Of a stretch of DNA of 34,210 bases, positions 8,735 to 17,668 are shown piece after piece. Source of the stretch: Christiangramia sp. GTDB taxonomy: Bacteria; Bacteroidota; Bacteroidia; Flavobacteriales; Flavobacteriaceae. The first letter of the stretch is position 1. Every line of letters begins with the position of its first letter. The position numbers and the translations under genes are program-made. Under the pieces are notes generated by a model. It was not told the DNA's origin. It did no database searches and saw nothing but the letters and a program-made list of their open reading frames with translations. The stretch is from assembly GCA_024635735.1 (NCBI GenBank), contig JAGXII010000193.1, positions 1-34,210 of the forward strand, given 5' to 3'.

Positions 8735-11299
8735 TTGAAAACAATTACTCGTTTTATTCTTTTTCTTTTTCTTTCGGCAGCTGTTCTTAGTTGTTCCCGA
8801 AAGAAGAATTCCTTTATTAACAGGAATTATCACGCGGTTACTGCAGAATACAATGCCCTTTACAATGGCCATCTTGCACTGCAACAGGGAAGAGAGGAGA
8901 TTAATCAGAATTATGCCGATAATTACTGGGATGTACTTCCGGTAGAAAGGCTGGATGTAGATGAAAAAATTCTTTTACCTGATAGCGTAAGAAATCAAAA
9001 TTTTGGACGGGCCGAAGAAAAAGCCGTTAAGGCGATTCAGAAGCATTCCATGCAAATAGGGGGGAAGGAACGAAATCCACAAATGGATGAAGCCTATCTT
9101 TTACTTGGGAAAGCCCGGTATTTCGATCAGCGTTTTGTGCCGGCACTGGACGCTTTCAACTATATTTTGTACAGATATCCTGCCAGTGATAATATTAATC
9201 ACGCGAGAATATGGCGTGAAAAGACTAACATCAGGCTGGGCAACGAAAAACTGGCGATCAAGAATTTGAAGAAAATACTGGATTCAGATCGATTGGACGA
9301 TCAGGATGTGGCAGATGCCAGTGCAAGTCTTTCGCAGGCATATATAAATTTGAATCAACTGGACAGCGCCGTTGTTCCCTTGTACAACGCCGCCGATTTT
9401 ACCCATATCGATGCTGAAAAAGGGCGATATCTTTTTATCGTTGGGCAGCTCCATGACAGGCTGGGAGAAACCTCTGATGCCAATGCTGCTTTTGATGAGG
9501 TGATCGCTTTAAACAGAAAATCACCAAGAATTTACATGGTAAATGCCTATGTGCAAAAGGCGAGAAATTTTGATTTTAATTCAGGGAATAATGCCTTTTT
9601 ACTCAATCTCCTTAAAGAACTTGAGGAAGACAGGGAAAACCGTCCCTATCTTGATAAGATCTATTTTCAGATAGGAGAATATTACAGCAGAATAGATTCC
9701 ACTGAAAAAGCAGTTGAATATTATAATAAATCATTGAGATCTCCTTCCAGTGATATTTTTCTGAAATCCATTAACTATGAGATCCTCGCCAATATAAATT
9801 TCGACAGAGCCAATTATCAAATGGCTGGAAAATATTTTGACAGTACGCTTACATATATGTCTCCGGAGTTACTGGAATTCAGAACTATCAAAAAGAAGAG
9901 GGAGAATCTTGAAGACGTGATACGTTATGAGCAGATCGCCGAACAAACAGATAGTATTTTAAAACTGGCTGCTATGTCTGGTGAGGAACAGCTGGCTTAT
10001 TTTACAGATTACACCACTAAGCTTAAAGAAAAGGCGATTGAAGACCTTGAGCAGGGAGAACTTCCGGTGTATACATCCAATATCGGGAAGGAAAATCCTT
10101 TTCCTTCTTCCAATGCCATATCACAGCCTCAGGCTGGAGGAAGTGGAGATAATACAAGTGCGAATGTATTTTATTTTTATAATCCCATACAGGTTTCCCG
10201 TGGTGCGCAGGAATTTCTAAGGGTATGGGGAACACGGGAATTAGCCGATAACTGGCGATGGGGGTCGAATGCCTTAAACCAAAGCTCAATCAATGCCCAG
10301 GAGACAATTGCTGAGGTAAACCTCGATAATAATCCGTTATACGATCCTCAAACTTATGTAAGTCAGATTCCTGGTAAGCAATCAATTCTTGATAGTCTTG
10401 CAACCCAGCGCAACCTTGCCAATTATCAGCTGGGAGTAATTTATAATGAGAATTATGGGGAGTATGCGCTGGCCGAAGAAAGATTTAATTTTCTGCTGAA
10501 TAATCAGCCGGAAGAACGGCTTATTTTGCCTGCTAAATACAATCTTTATAACATATATGGAGCTACTGGCCAACTGCAGAAGCAGGAAGCTATTAGAAAT
10601 GATATTATTCAGAATTATCCGGATTCACGTTATGCTTCCTTTATTTTAAATCCTGAAAGCATAAGGGACGATAAGAATAGTCCGGAAGCAATGTATGAAG
10701 AGCTTTTTAGCCAGTATGAAGAGGAGAAATATGAATATGTGATTGAAAAAGCTAATGAATATATTTCCCAGTTAACAGGAGATCCCATAATTCCGAAACT
10801 GGAGCTTTTAAAAGCCCAGGCAAATGCGAGGCTTTATGGATTAGATGCCTATAAACAGGCTTTAAATTATGTGGCAGTTACCTATCCACAAACGGAGGAG
10901 GGGCGCCGGGCCGGAGATATTATTAAAACATCGATTCCGGAATTGGAGAGACTCGAGTTTAATAATGATAGTTTACAAAAGAATTTCAAAATTATTTATC
11001 CTGTGGAGCTGACTGATGAGAACAAATCAGCCGCAACAGATCTACAAAAGAAGATAGATAAAGCTATTAAGGATCTGGAATACGATAATATGTCGGTATC
11101 TATAGATCTTTATAATCCTGAAGAATTTTTTGTTGTAATTCATGGTTTACAAAATAGATCCAAAGCCCTTGGCTTTATGGAGTTATTAAAGAATAATAAA
11201 AACTACAAAATAGAAAAAGAAGGTTTTCCTATGTCTGCAGAAAATTATAGAATTGTGCAGATTAAGAAAAATTTAAGAACTTACACTGCTTTTAAATAA
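8735..11299 (+). CDS. sprE: Type IX secretion / gliding motility TPR lipoprotein SprE (PorW)
   Basis: TTG start; lipobox VLSC followed by SRKKNSFINRNYHAVTAEYNALYNG; TPR-like helices; FYFYN...WGTRELADNWRW motif; position before bactofilin-atp is typical of sprE. Confidence 0.85.
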   Translation: MKTITRFILFLFLSAAVLSCSRKKNSFINRNYHAVTAEYNALYNGHLALQQGREEINQNYADNYWDVLPVERLDVDEKILLPDSVRNQNFGRAEEKAVKAIQKHSMQIGGKERNPQMDEAYLLLGKARYFDQRFVPALDAFNYILYRYPASDNINHARIWREKTNIRLGNEKLAIKNLKKILDSDRLDDQDVADASASLSQAYINLNQLDSAVVPLYNAADFTHIDAEKGRYLFIVGQLHDRLGETSDANAAFDEVIALNRKSPRIYMVNAYVQKARNFDFNSGNNAFLLNLLKELEEDRENRPYLDKIYFQIGEYYSRIDSTEKAVEYYNKSLRSPSSDIFLKSINYEILANINFDRANYQMAGKYFDSTLTYMSPELLEFRTIKKKRENLEDVIRYEQIAEQTDSILKLAAMSGEEQLAYFTDYTTKLKEKAIEDLEQGELPVYTSNIGKENPFPSSNAISQPQAGGSGDNTSANVFYFYNPIQVSRGAQEFLRVWGTRELADNWRWGSNALNQSSINAQETIAEVNLDNNPLYDPQTYVSQIPGKQSILDSLATQRNLANYQLGVIYNENYGEYALAEERFNFLLNNQPEERLILPAKYNLYNIYGATGQLQKQEAIRNDIIQNYPDSRYASFILNPESIRDDKNSPEAMYEELFSQYEEEKYEYVIEKANEYISQLTGDPIIPKLELLKAQANARLYGLDAYKQALNYVAVTYPQTEEGRRAGDIIKTSIPELERLEFNNDSLQKNFKIIYPVELTDENKSAATDLQKKIDKAIKDLEYDNMSVSIDLYNPEEFFVVIHGLQNRSKALGFMELLKNNKNYKIEKEGFPMSAENYRIVQIKKNLRTYTAFK

Positions 11300-11311
11300 A
11301 ACCTACTTATT

Positions 11312-11722
11312 ATGTTTTCAGACTCAAAAAAGACCGCCTCAGTCAACAATAACGAACAAAATCGAATTGCAGCCGGTACTTTAATTACCGGTGAAATCTC
11401 AGGAAAGGGATGCTTTAGAATAGAAGGCACTCTGGAAGGAAGTTTAAAAACACCAGGTAAAGTTGTGATTAGCGAAGGAGGTCTCATTAATGGAACTCTG
11501 GAATGCGAAAATGCCGATATTGAAGGCAAATTCACAGGCAAATTAATGGTTTCCGGTACGCTTACACTCAGAACTCCGGCTAATATTGAAGGAGAGGTTG
11601 TTGCAGGAAAATTAGCGGTGGAACCTGGTGCTGTATTCAATGCAACCTGCCAGATGACTGGTATGGTAAAGCCCTTAAATGATGAAAGAAGAGAAGGAAG
11701 AAGAAAAGAAAAGTTCGCTTAG
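11312..11722 (+). CDS. Bactofilin (polymer-forming cytoskeletal protein)
   Basis: Beta-helical repeats NRIAAGTLITGEI...RIEGTLEGSL...IEGEVVAGKLAVEPGAVFNATC. Confidence 0.92.
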   Translation: MFSDSKKTASVNNNEQNRIAAGTLITGEISGKGCFRIEGTLEGSLKTPGKVVISEGGLINGTLECENADIEGKFTGKLMVSGTLTLRTPANIEGEVVAGKLAVEPGAVFNATCQMTGMVKPLNDERREGRRKEKFA

Positions 11723-11915
11723 AAAATGGGCACAGCTTTCAGGAATTGCCATTCAAATGGGTGGGACAATTTTTGTTTGTGCCTGGATAGGAAAAAGTCT
11801 GGACGAAAAATACACCACGGGGGAAACCAACTGGTTTACACTGGGTTTTGTGTTATTTGGCTTACTGGCTTCTTTATACCTGGTTATTAAACAGCTAAAG
11901 GAGCTTAATAAATAA
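11679..11915 (+). CDS. AtpZ/AtpI family protein
   Basis: Two TM helices, LSGIAIQMGGTI...WIGKSLDEKY pattern; upstream of the atp operon; start may be 11682. Confidence 0.85.
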   Translation: MMKEEKEEEKKSSLRKWAQLSGIAIQMGGTIFVCAWIGKSLDEKYTTGETNWFTLGFVLFGLLASLYLVIKQLKELNK

Positions 11916-11925
11916 TCCCGAATCT

Positions 11926-12318
11926 ATGTTGACCAAAATAATCAGGCTCAGTTTGTTGCTGGTTACCTTATTAGTGATTGCTTATTTCATTCATTTAAAT
12001 TTCCTGTCTGAAGAGAATCTGAGGGCTAAAAAGGAGCTTTTAAAGCTTAGTTATCTTTATAATTTTGGATTTTCATCATTACTCCTTTTCAATTATATAG
12101 TTTTCCGTAAAAAACTTCTCCCCCTCATTGGATTTATTTTTTTGGCCGTTGGCGTGATTAAGATCGGATTGTTTTATTTTCTGGTAAAACAGTCAGAATT
12201 TGAAAAAAATAAATCGACGTTTCTGCTTTTTTTCGTGCCTTTCATCATTTGTTTAGGGATCGAAATATTTTATCTGGCGAAGGATTTAAATCAGGCTAAC
12301 TTCAATAATGACAATTAA
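11926..12318 (+). CDS. Four-TM membrane protein, AtpI-like (DUF6168-like)
   Basis: 130 aa, four hydrophobic segments, between atpZ and atpB. Confidence 0.7.
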   Translation: MLTKIIRLSLLLVTLLVIAYFIHLNFLSEENLRAKKELLKLSYLYNFGFSSLLLFNYIVFRKKLLPLIGFIFLAVGVIKIGLFYFLVKQSEFEKNKSTFLLFFVPFIICLGIEIFYLAKDLNQANFNNDN

Positions 12319-12384
12319 TTACAGCGATTTATAAAACTTTTGACTTGTTCGCAATTTTATGATTTCAGTTTTTATATAATTGTG

Positions 12385-12392
12385 TACATTTG
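12385..12392 (+). promoter_or_regulatory. sigmaA -7 element (TACATTTG), internal promoter for atpB
   Basis: Exact TAnnTTTG 34 nt upstream of the atpB ATG. Confidence 0.6.
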
Positions 12393-12426
12393 CACCCAAA
12401 TTTAAAGACCGAAACTATATCTTAAA

Positions 12427-13578
12427 ATGCGGAAGAAAAACATTTTTAATTTTTTTTTAGGCGGCCTTTTTATCCTGGTTTCAATGAATAATATGAATGG
12501 CCAGGAAAATGAGCATAACGATGAAGCAGAAGAGCATGGCCAAGAAGCACATGCAACAGCAGAAGAAGATGGAGCTGTAAATACAAAAGAAGGTATAAAG
12601 GAGTTTGTAGATCATCACCTTAAAGACTCTCATTATTTCAGCTTCTTCGCAGATGGAGAAGCTGGTGAGCATTTTGGTTTTCCACTTCCGGTAATTCTTT
12701 GGGATAACGGTCTAAAGGTGTTTTCGGCATCTGAATTCCACTATGGTGAAGAGTTGGCCGAGATAGATGGCACTCATTACAAACTATATCACACGAAAAT
12801 TTATAAGACAGACGCAGAGGGAACCATTACTTATGATGAGCGTGGGTTTCCTGCTAATGAAAAACCTCTGGACTTTTCAATAACAAAGAACGTTATTGCA
12901 ATGCTGACAGCGTCATTATTATTGTTCCTGTTTTTCTGGGGTCTCGCCAGGAATTATAAAAAATCAAAAATACCTACAGGTTTCGGTAGAATTTTAGAGC
13001 CTTTGGTGATTTATGTTCGTGACGATATCGCAAAACCAAATATTGGTCCTAAGTATAAAAAATACATGAGCCTTTTGCTTACCGTATTTTTCTTTATCCT
13101 GTTGTTGAATTTATTCGGTTTAACACCATTAGGAATAAATGTGACAGGAAACATTGCCGTCACATTCGGATTGGCACTGATAACCTTTTTGATCGTACAG
13201 TTTAGCGGTAATAAGCATTACTGGAAGCACATTTTCTGGATGCCGGGAGTTCCGGTTCCAATGAAGATTGTTTTAATGCCTATCGAGATCCTTGGAATGT
13301 TTACAAAACCATTCGCATTGATGATCCGGCTTTTTGCAAACATGACGGCGGGTCACGTAGTAGTAATGAGTTTGCTTGGTTTGATTTTTATTTTTCAAAA
13401 CTGGATCGCAGGTCCCACATTCTTTTTATTTACCATTTTCATTTCGGTAATCGAATTGTTAGTAGCATTTTTGCAGGCCTATATTTTTACACTGTTAAGT
13501 GCTTTATATATTGGAATGGCGGTTGAAGACCACGCGGATCATCCGGACGATCATAGTGATGATTTACCGGTAGTTTAA
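12427..13578 (+). CDS. atpB: F0F1 ATP synthase subunit a
   Basis: KPFALMIRLFANMTAGH, ELLVAFLQAYIFTLLSALYI; Bacteroidota-type N-terminal extension. Confidence 0.97.
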   Translation: MRKKNIFNFFLGGLFILVSMNNMNGQENEHNDEAEEHGQEAHATAEEDGAVNTKEGIKEFVDHHLKDSHYFSFFADGEAGEHFGFPLPVILWDNGLKVFSASEFHYGEELAEIDGTHYKLYHTKIYKTDAEGTITYDERGFPANEKPLDFSITKNVIAMLTASLLLFLFFWGLARNYKKSKIPTGFGRILEPLVIYVRDDIAKPNIGPKYKKYMSLLLTVFFFILLLNLFGLTPLGINVTGNIAVTFGLALITFLIVQFSGNKHYWKHIFWMPGVPVPMKIVLMPIEILGMFTKPFALMIRLFANMTAGHVVVMSLLGLIFIFQNWIAGPTFFLFTIFISVIELLVAFLQAYIFTLLSALYIGMAVEDHADHPDDHSDDLPVV

Positions 13579-13621
13579 TAAAGAATTAGTTAGAAGTAAG
13601 TTTAATTTTAAATAGATAGTT

Positions 13622-13813
13622 ATGGAGATCCCACAAATGGTTGGAGCAGGTTTAATTGTAATTGGTGCTGGTATCGGTCTTGGTATGATCGGTGGTCGTG
13701 CTATGGACGCTATTGCGCGTCAGCCTGAAGCAACTGGAAAAATCCAGACAGCGATGATTATTATCGCCGCTTTATTGGAAGGTATTGCCTTTGCTGCGTT
13801 ATTCGCATCATAG
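13622..13813 (+). CDS. atpE: F0F1 ATP synthase subunit c
   Basis: GAGIGLG, IARQPE loop, ALLEG carboxylate; 63 aa. Confidence 0.97.
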   Translation: MEIPQMVGAGLIVIGAGIGLGMIGGRAMDAIARQPEATGKIQTAMIIIAALLEGIAFAALFAS

Positions 13814-13823
13814 TCAAAAAAAC

Positions 13824-13860
13824 AAAAAGACCTTTTAACGGTTGGTTAGAAGGTCTTTTT
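13824..13860 (+). terminator. Intra-operon stem-loop between atpE and atpF (terminator-like / mRNA stabiliser)
   Basis: AAAAAGACCTTTTAAC-GGTTG-GTTAGAAGGTCTTTTT: 16-bp stem with one G-U pair, 5-nt loop, ends in a T run. Confidence 0.7.
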
Positions 13861-13909
13861 AAAATTTAAAATTGAGCTAAAAAGTATAACATAAGTACAA
13901 TATTATATT

Positions 13910-14410
13910 ATGTGGAAGTTAATTAATGATTTTTCTTTCGGATTATTTTTCTGGCAAATAGCGATCCTGATCGTCTTAATTCTTTTGTTAAAGAAATATG
14001 CCTGGGGACCAATTCTAAATTCTCTTAATAGTAGAGAAGAAGGAATTAAGGATGCATTGGAATCGGCTGAAAAAGCCCGTATAGAAATGCAGAATCTGAA
14101 AGCTGATAATGAAAAATTATTGCAGGATGCCCGTGCTGAAAGAGATGCGATTCTTAGAGAAGCCCGTGAGATGAAAGAAAAGGTGATCACAGATGCTTCA
14201 GAAGAAGCTCAGAAGAAAGCCGATAAAATCGTTGCTCAGGCAAAAGAGAGTATCAATCTTGAAAAGCAGGCTGCGATGACCGAATTGAAAAATCAGGTTG
14301 CAAATCTTTCTATTGAGATTGCCGAAAAGGTCATTCGTAAAGAATTATCTGATAAAAAAGAACAGCATGCCATGATCGAAAAGATGATTGGTAATGCAAA
14401 GCTAAACTAG
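13910..14410 (+). CDS. atpF: F0F1 ATP synthase subunit b
   Basis: FSFGLFFWQ...KKYAWGPILNSLNSREEGIKDAL, then coiled coil. Confidence 0.96.
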   Translation: MWKLINDFSFGLFFWQIAILIVLILLLKKYAWGPILNSLNSREEGIKDALESAEKARIEMQNLKADNEKLLQDARAERDAILREAREMKEKVITDASEEAQKKADKIVAQAKESINLEKQAAMTELKNQVANLSIEIAEKVIRKELSDKKEQHAMIEKMIGNAKLN

Positions 14411-14413
14411 ATT

Positions 14414-14968
14414 ATGAAAGGAGCCAGAGCTGCAAAACGTTACGCGAAAGCAATTCTTTCTCTTGCAAAGGATAAGAATGCTGCAGAAGCTGTAAATAAG
14501 GATATGCATGATATCCGGCAAACGGTATTGGGAAGTAAGGATCTTCAAAGTTTCCTGTCCAGCCCGATAATTAAAGACTCTCTTAAAAAAAATAGTCTCC
14601 TTGCAATTTTCAAGGATTTGGATAATGTAACTCTGGGAGCTCTTGATATTTTAATCGAAAACGGAAGGATCAATCTTTTAGGATCGATAGCAAGAGAATA
14701 TATTAATTTTTACAATCTGGATAATGAAATTCAGGATGCTGTGGTAACCACTGCGGTGCCTCTTGATAAGGATCTGGAAAAATTGATTATGTCTAAGGTT
14801 AAAGAACTTACCGGTTCTGAAGTTAGCCTTAAGCAATTAGTAGATAAGGATATTATTGGAGGTTTCATATTAAGAATTGGAGATTTGCAATATGATGCCA
14901 GCATTTCACGAAATCTGAATAATCTAAAACGAGAACTAAAAGACAATACATACGTTTCAAAATTTTAA
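14414..14968 (+). CDS. atpH: F1 ATP synthase subunit delta
   Basis: RAAKRYAKA, ENGR, IIGGFILRIGDLQYDASI. Confidence 0.96.
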   Translation: MKGARAAKRYAKAILSLAKDKNAAEAVNKDMHDIRQTVLGSKDLQSFLSSPIIKDSLKKNSLLAIFKDLDNVTLGALDILIENGRINLLGSIAREYINFYNLDNEIQDAVVTTAVPLDKDLEKLIMSKVKELTGSEVSLKQLVDKDIIGGFILRIGDLQYDASISRNLNNLKRELKDNTYVSKF

Positions 14969-15013
14969 TAAAAACCGGTACGCGATAGACGTATCATTTT
15001 ATCTTATATAATT

Positions 15014-16594
15014 ATGGCAGAAGTAAATCCTGCTGAAGTTTCAGCAATATTAAAACAACAATTATCAGGTTTTGAATCCAAGGCCTCTTTAGACGAAGTG
15101 GGTACCGTTCTAACCGTAGGTGACGGTATTGCAAATATCTATGGGCTGGCTAACGCTCAATATGGAGAGTTAGTTCAGTTTGAGAGTGGTCTTGAGGGTA
15201 TTGTTCTTAACCTTGAAGAGGATAATGTAGGGGTAGTACTTTTGGGTCCTACTAATGAAATTGGAGAAGGTTCTACAGTAAAAAGAACTCAGCGTATCGC
15301 TTCTATTAATGTTGGAGAAGGTATTGTGGGACGTGTTGTAGATACATTAGGAGCGCCAATAGATGGTAAAGGAGCTATTGATGGTGAAACTTTTGAAATG
15401 CCTCTGGAGCGTAAAGCACCAGGAGTAATTTATCGTCAGCCGGTTACTGAACCTCTACAAACAGGTATCAAGTCTATTGATGCGATGGTACCGGTTGGAA
15501 GAGGACAGCGTGAGTTGGTAATTGGTGACCGTCAAACAGGTAAGACTACCGTTTGTATTGATACCATTCTTAACCAGAAAGAATTTTACGATGCAGGGGA
15601 ACCTGTTTATTGTATATATGTTGCTATTGGGCAAAAAGCCTCAACAGTGGCAGGAATCGCTAAAGTACTTGAAGATAAAGGGGCAATGGCCTATACAACT
15701 ATTGTTGCGGCTAACGCTTCAGATCCTGCTCCAATGCAGGTTTATGCTCCTTTCGCTGGCGCAGCGATTGGTGAGTACTTTAGAGATACAGGTCGTCCGG
15801 CATTGATCGTTTATGATGATCTAAGTAAGCAGGCAGTAGCATACCGTGAGGTTTCCCTTTTACTTCGTCGTCCACCAGGGCGTGAAGCATATCCCGGGGA
15901 TGTTTTCTTCCTTCACTCAAGACTACTTGAGCGTTCTGCTAAAGTGATTGACGATGATGATATCGCAAGACAAATGAATGATCTTCCTGATGTTCTTAAA
16001 GACAAGGTAAAAGGAGGAGGATCTTTAACAGCTCTTCCAATTATTGAGACTCAGGCTGGTGACGTTTCCGCATATATTCCAACCAACGTAATTTCGATTA
16101 CAGACGGGCAGATATTCCTTACTTCAGATTTATTTAACTCTGGGGTTCGTCCTGCGATTAATGTGGGTATTTCGGTATCCCGTGTTGGTGGTAATGCTCA
16201 GATTAAATCGATGAAGAAGGTTGCCGGTACACTAAAATTAGATCAGGCACAATATCGTGAACTGGAAGCTTTCGCGAAATTCGGTTCAGATCTTGACGCC
16301 GCTACTATGAATGTGATTGAAAGAGGTAAGCGTAACGTGGAAATACTTAAGCAGGGACAAAATGATCCTTATCCGGTAGAAAACCAGATTGCAATTATTT
16401 ATGCAGGTTCTAAAAACCTTTTACGTGATGTTCCTGTAGAAAAAGTAAGAGAATTTGAAAGAGATTATCTTGAATACCTTAATGCGAAGCATAGAGATGT
16501 ACTTGATACTCTTAAGGCTGGAAAACTTACAGATGAAGTAATTGATACTTTAACATCAGTTGCGAAGGATCTTTCGGCTAAATACAAGAAATAG
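15014..16594 (+). CDS. atpA: F1 ATP synthase subunit alpha
   Basis: [36 protein letters not shown]. Confidence 0.99.
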   Translation: MAEVNPAEVSAILKQQLSGFESKASLDEVGTVLTVGDGIANIYGLANAQYGELVQFESGLEGIVLNLEEDNVGVVLLGPTNEIGEGSTVKRTQRIASINVGEGIVGRVVDTLGAPIDGKGAIDGETFEMPLERKAPGVIYRQPVTEPLQTGIKSIDAMVPVGRGQRELVIGDRQTGKTTVCIDTILNQKEFYDAGEPVYCIYVAIGQKASTVAGIAKVLEDKGAMAYTTIVAANASDPAPMQVYAPFAGAAIGEYFRDTGRPALIVYDDLSKQAVAYREVSLLLRRPPGREAYPGDVFFLHSRLLERSAKVIDDDDIARQMNDLPDVLKDKVKGGGSLTALPIIETQAGDVSAYIPTNVISITDGQIFLTSDLFNSGVRPAINVGISVSRVGGNAQIKSMKKVAGTLKLDQAQYRELEAFAKFGSDLDAATMNVIERGKRNVEILKQGQNDPYPVENQIAIIYAGSKNLLRDVPVEKVREFERDYLEYLNAKHRDVLDTLKAGKLTDEVIDTLTSVAKDLSAKYKK

Positions 16595-16598
16595 TAAT

Positions 16599-16683
16599 AC
16601 CCCTCCCATCCTCCCCGAGGCGGAGGGGTTAGATTATAAAATTAAATACTAATTTCTCCCCTTAGGGGAGATCAAGAGGGGTT
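16599..16683. repeat. GC-rich paired imperfect inverted repeat (REP-like element) between atpA and atpG
   Basis: Left ACCCCTCCCATCCTCCCCGAGGCGGAGG and right TCTCCCCTTAGGGGAGATCAAGAGGGGT are approximate reverse complements around an AT-rich spacer; perfect hairpin TCTCCCC-TTA-GGGGAGA at 16655-16671. Confidence 0.7.
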
Positions 16684-16684
16684 T

Positions 16685-17545
16685 ATGGCAAACTTAAAAG
16701 AATTACGTAGCAGGATTACATCGGTATCTTCAACGATGCAGATTACCAGTGCCATGAAAATGGTATCGGCTTCAAAATTGAGTAAAGCCCAGGATGCTAT
16801 TACATCTATGAGGCCTTATGCTGAAAAGCTGACCCAATTGCTACAGGATTTAAGTGCGACTCTAGATGATGAATCCGGAAGTAAATTCGCTGAAGATCGC
16901 GAAGTGAAGAAGGTTCTTATTGTTGCTATTTCATCTAATAAAGGACTTGCCGGAGCTTTTAATACCAATATTATTAAGAAGGTAAAGCTTAGGATTCAGG
17001 AGGAATATCAAGGCAAAGACGTTGAGGTTCTAACACTGGGTAAAAAAGCGAATGACATTCCCAAAAAGACCTTTAAAGTCTATGGGAACAACAATGCCAT
17101 TTTCGATGATCTTAGTTTTGAAAATGTATCTGAAATCGCCGAAGAGCTTATGCAAACATTTTTAGATGGGAAATATGATAAAATAGAAATCATATATAAC
17201 CAGTTTAAAAATGCAGCTACTCAGTATGTGATGACGGAGCAATTCCTTCCTATTGAGCAGTTTGAGAGTGAAGAAAATAAGCAACTGGATTATATTTTTG
17301 AACCATCAAAACTGGAGATTGTAAAAGAATTAATTCCTAAATCTCTTAAAATGCAATTATTCAAGGCGCTTAGGGATTCATTTGCAGCGGAACACGGCGC
17401 TCGTATGACTGCCATGCACAAAGCAACAGATAATGCGAAAGAATTGATAGGCGATCTTAAACTTTCTTATAACAAAGCAAGACAGGCTTCTATTACCAAT
17501 GAGATCTTAGAGATCGTTGGAGGTGCGGAAGCCTTGAAAGGATAA
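16685..17545 (+). CDS. atpG: F1 ATP synthase subunit gamma
   Basis: QITSAMKMVS, SNKGLAGAFN, AEHGARMTAM, YNKARQASITNEILEIVGGAEAL. Confidence 0.98.
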   Translation: MANLKELRSRITSVSSTMQITSAMKMVSASKLSKAQDAITSMRPYAEKLTQLLQDLSATLDDESGSKFAEDREVKKVLIVAISSNKGLAGAFNTNIIKKVKLRIQEEYQGKDVEVLTLGKKANDIPKKTFKVYGNNNAIFDDLSFENVSEIAEELMQTFLDGKYDKIEIIYNQFKNAATQYVMTEQFLPIEQFESEENKQLDYIFEPSKLEIVKELIPKSLKMQLFKALRDSFAAEHGARMTAMHKATDNAKELIGDLKLSYNKARQASITNEILEIVGGAEALKG

Positions 17546-17591
17546 AAATGTCGATTCTGAACAATGTGAAGAATCATGTCTTAAAATAATT

Positions 17592-17622
17592 ATAAAAACC
17601 CGCAATTATCGCGGGTTTTTAT
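17592..17622 (+). terminator. Rho-independent terminator of the atp operon
   Basis: ATAAAAACCCGC-AATTATC-GCGGGTTTTTAT perfect inverted repeat with T tract. Confidence 0.88.
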
Positions 17623-17638
17623 TTGGTATGGGTTTTGT
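17623..17638 (+). promoter_or_regulatory. Possible sigma54 (-24/-12) promoter for the downstream lipoprotein
   Basis: TTGGTATGGGTTTTGT: GG-N10-GT, resembling TGGCAY-N5-TTGC; about 30 nt upstream of ATG 17669, just after the terminator. Confidence 0.4.
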
Positions 17639-17668
17639 TTTTATAACTTCAAACTAAAATCAGACATC

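Noticed and set aside
10409-10437. CGCAACCTT inside sprE as a third ECF promoter
   Set aside because: No GCATCTAC-like block at the required spacing, and it lies within a CDS.
13622-13813. Na+-coupled ATP synthase
   Set aside because: Subunit c reads LLEGI, lacking the E-S/T sodium-binding signature; consistent with H+ coupling.
14977-14995. Weak hairpin GGTACG...CGTATC between atpH and atpA
   Set aside because: Short stem with a G-U pair; too weak to call.
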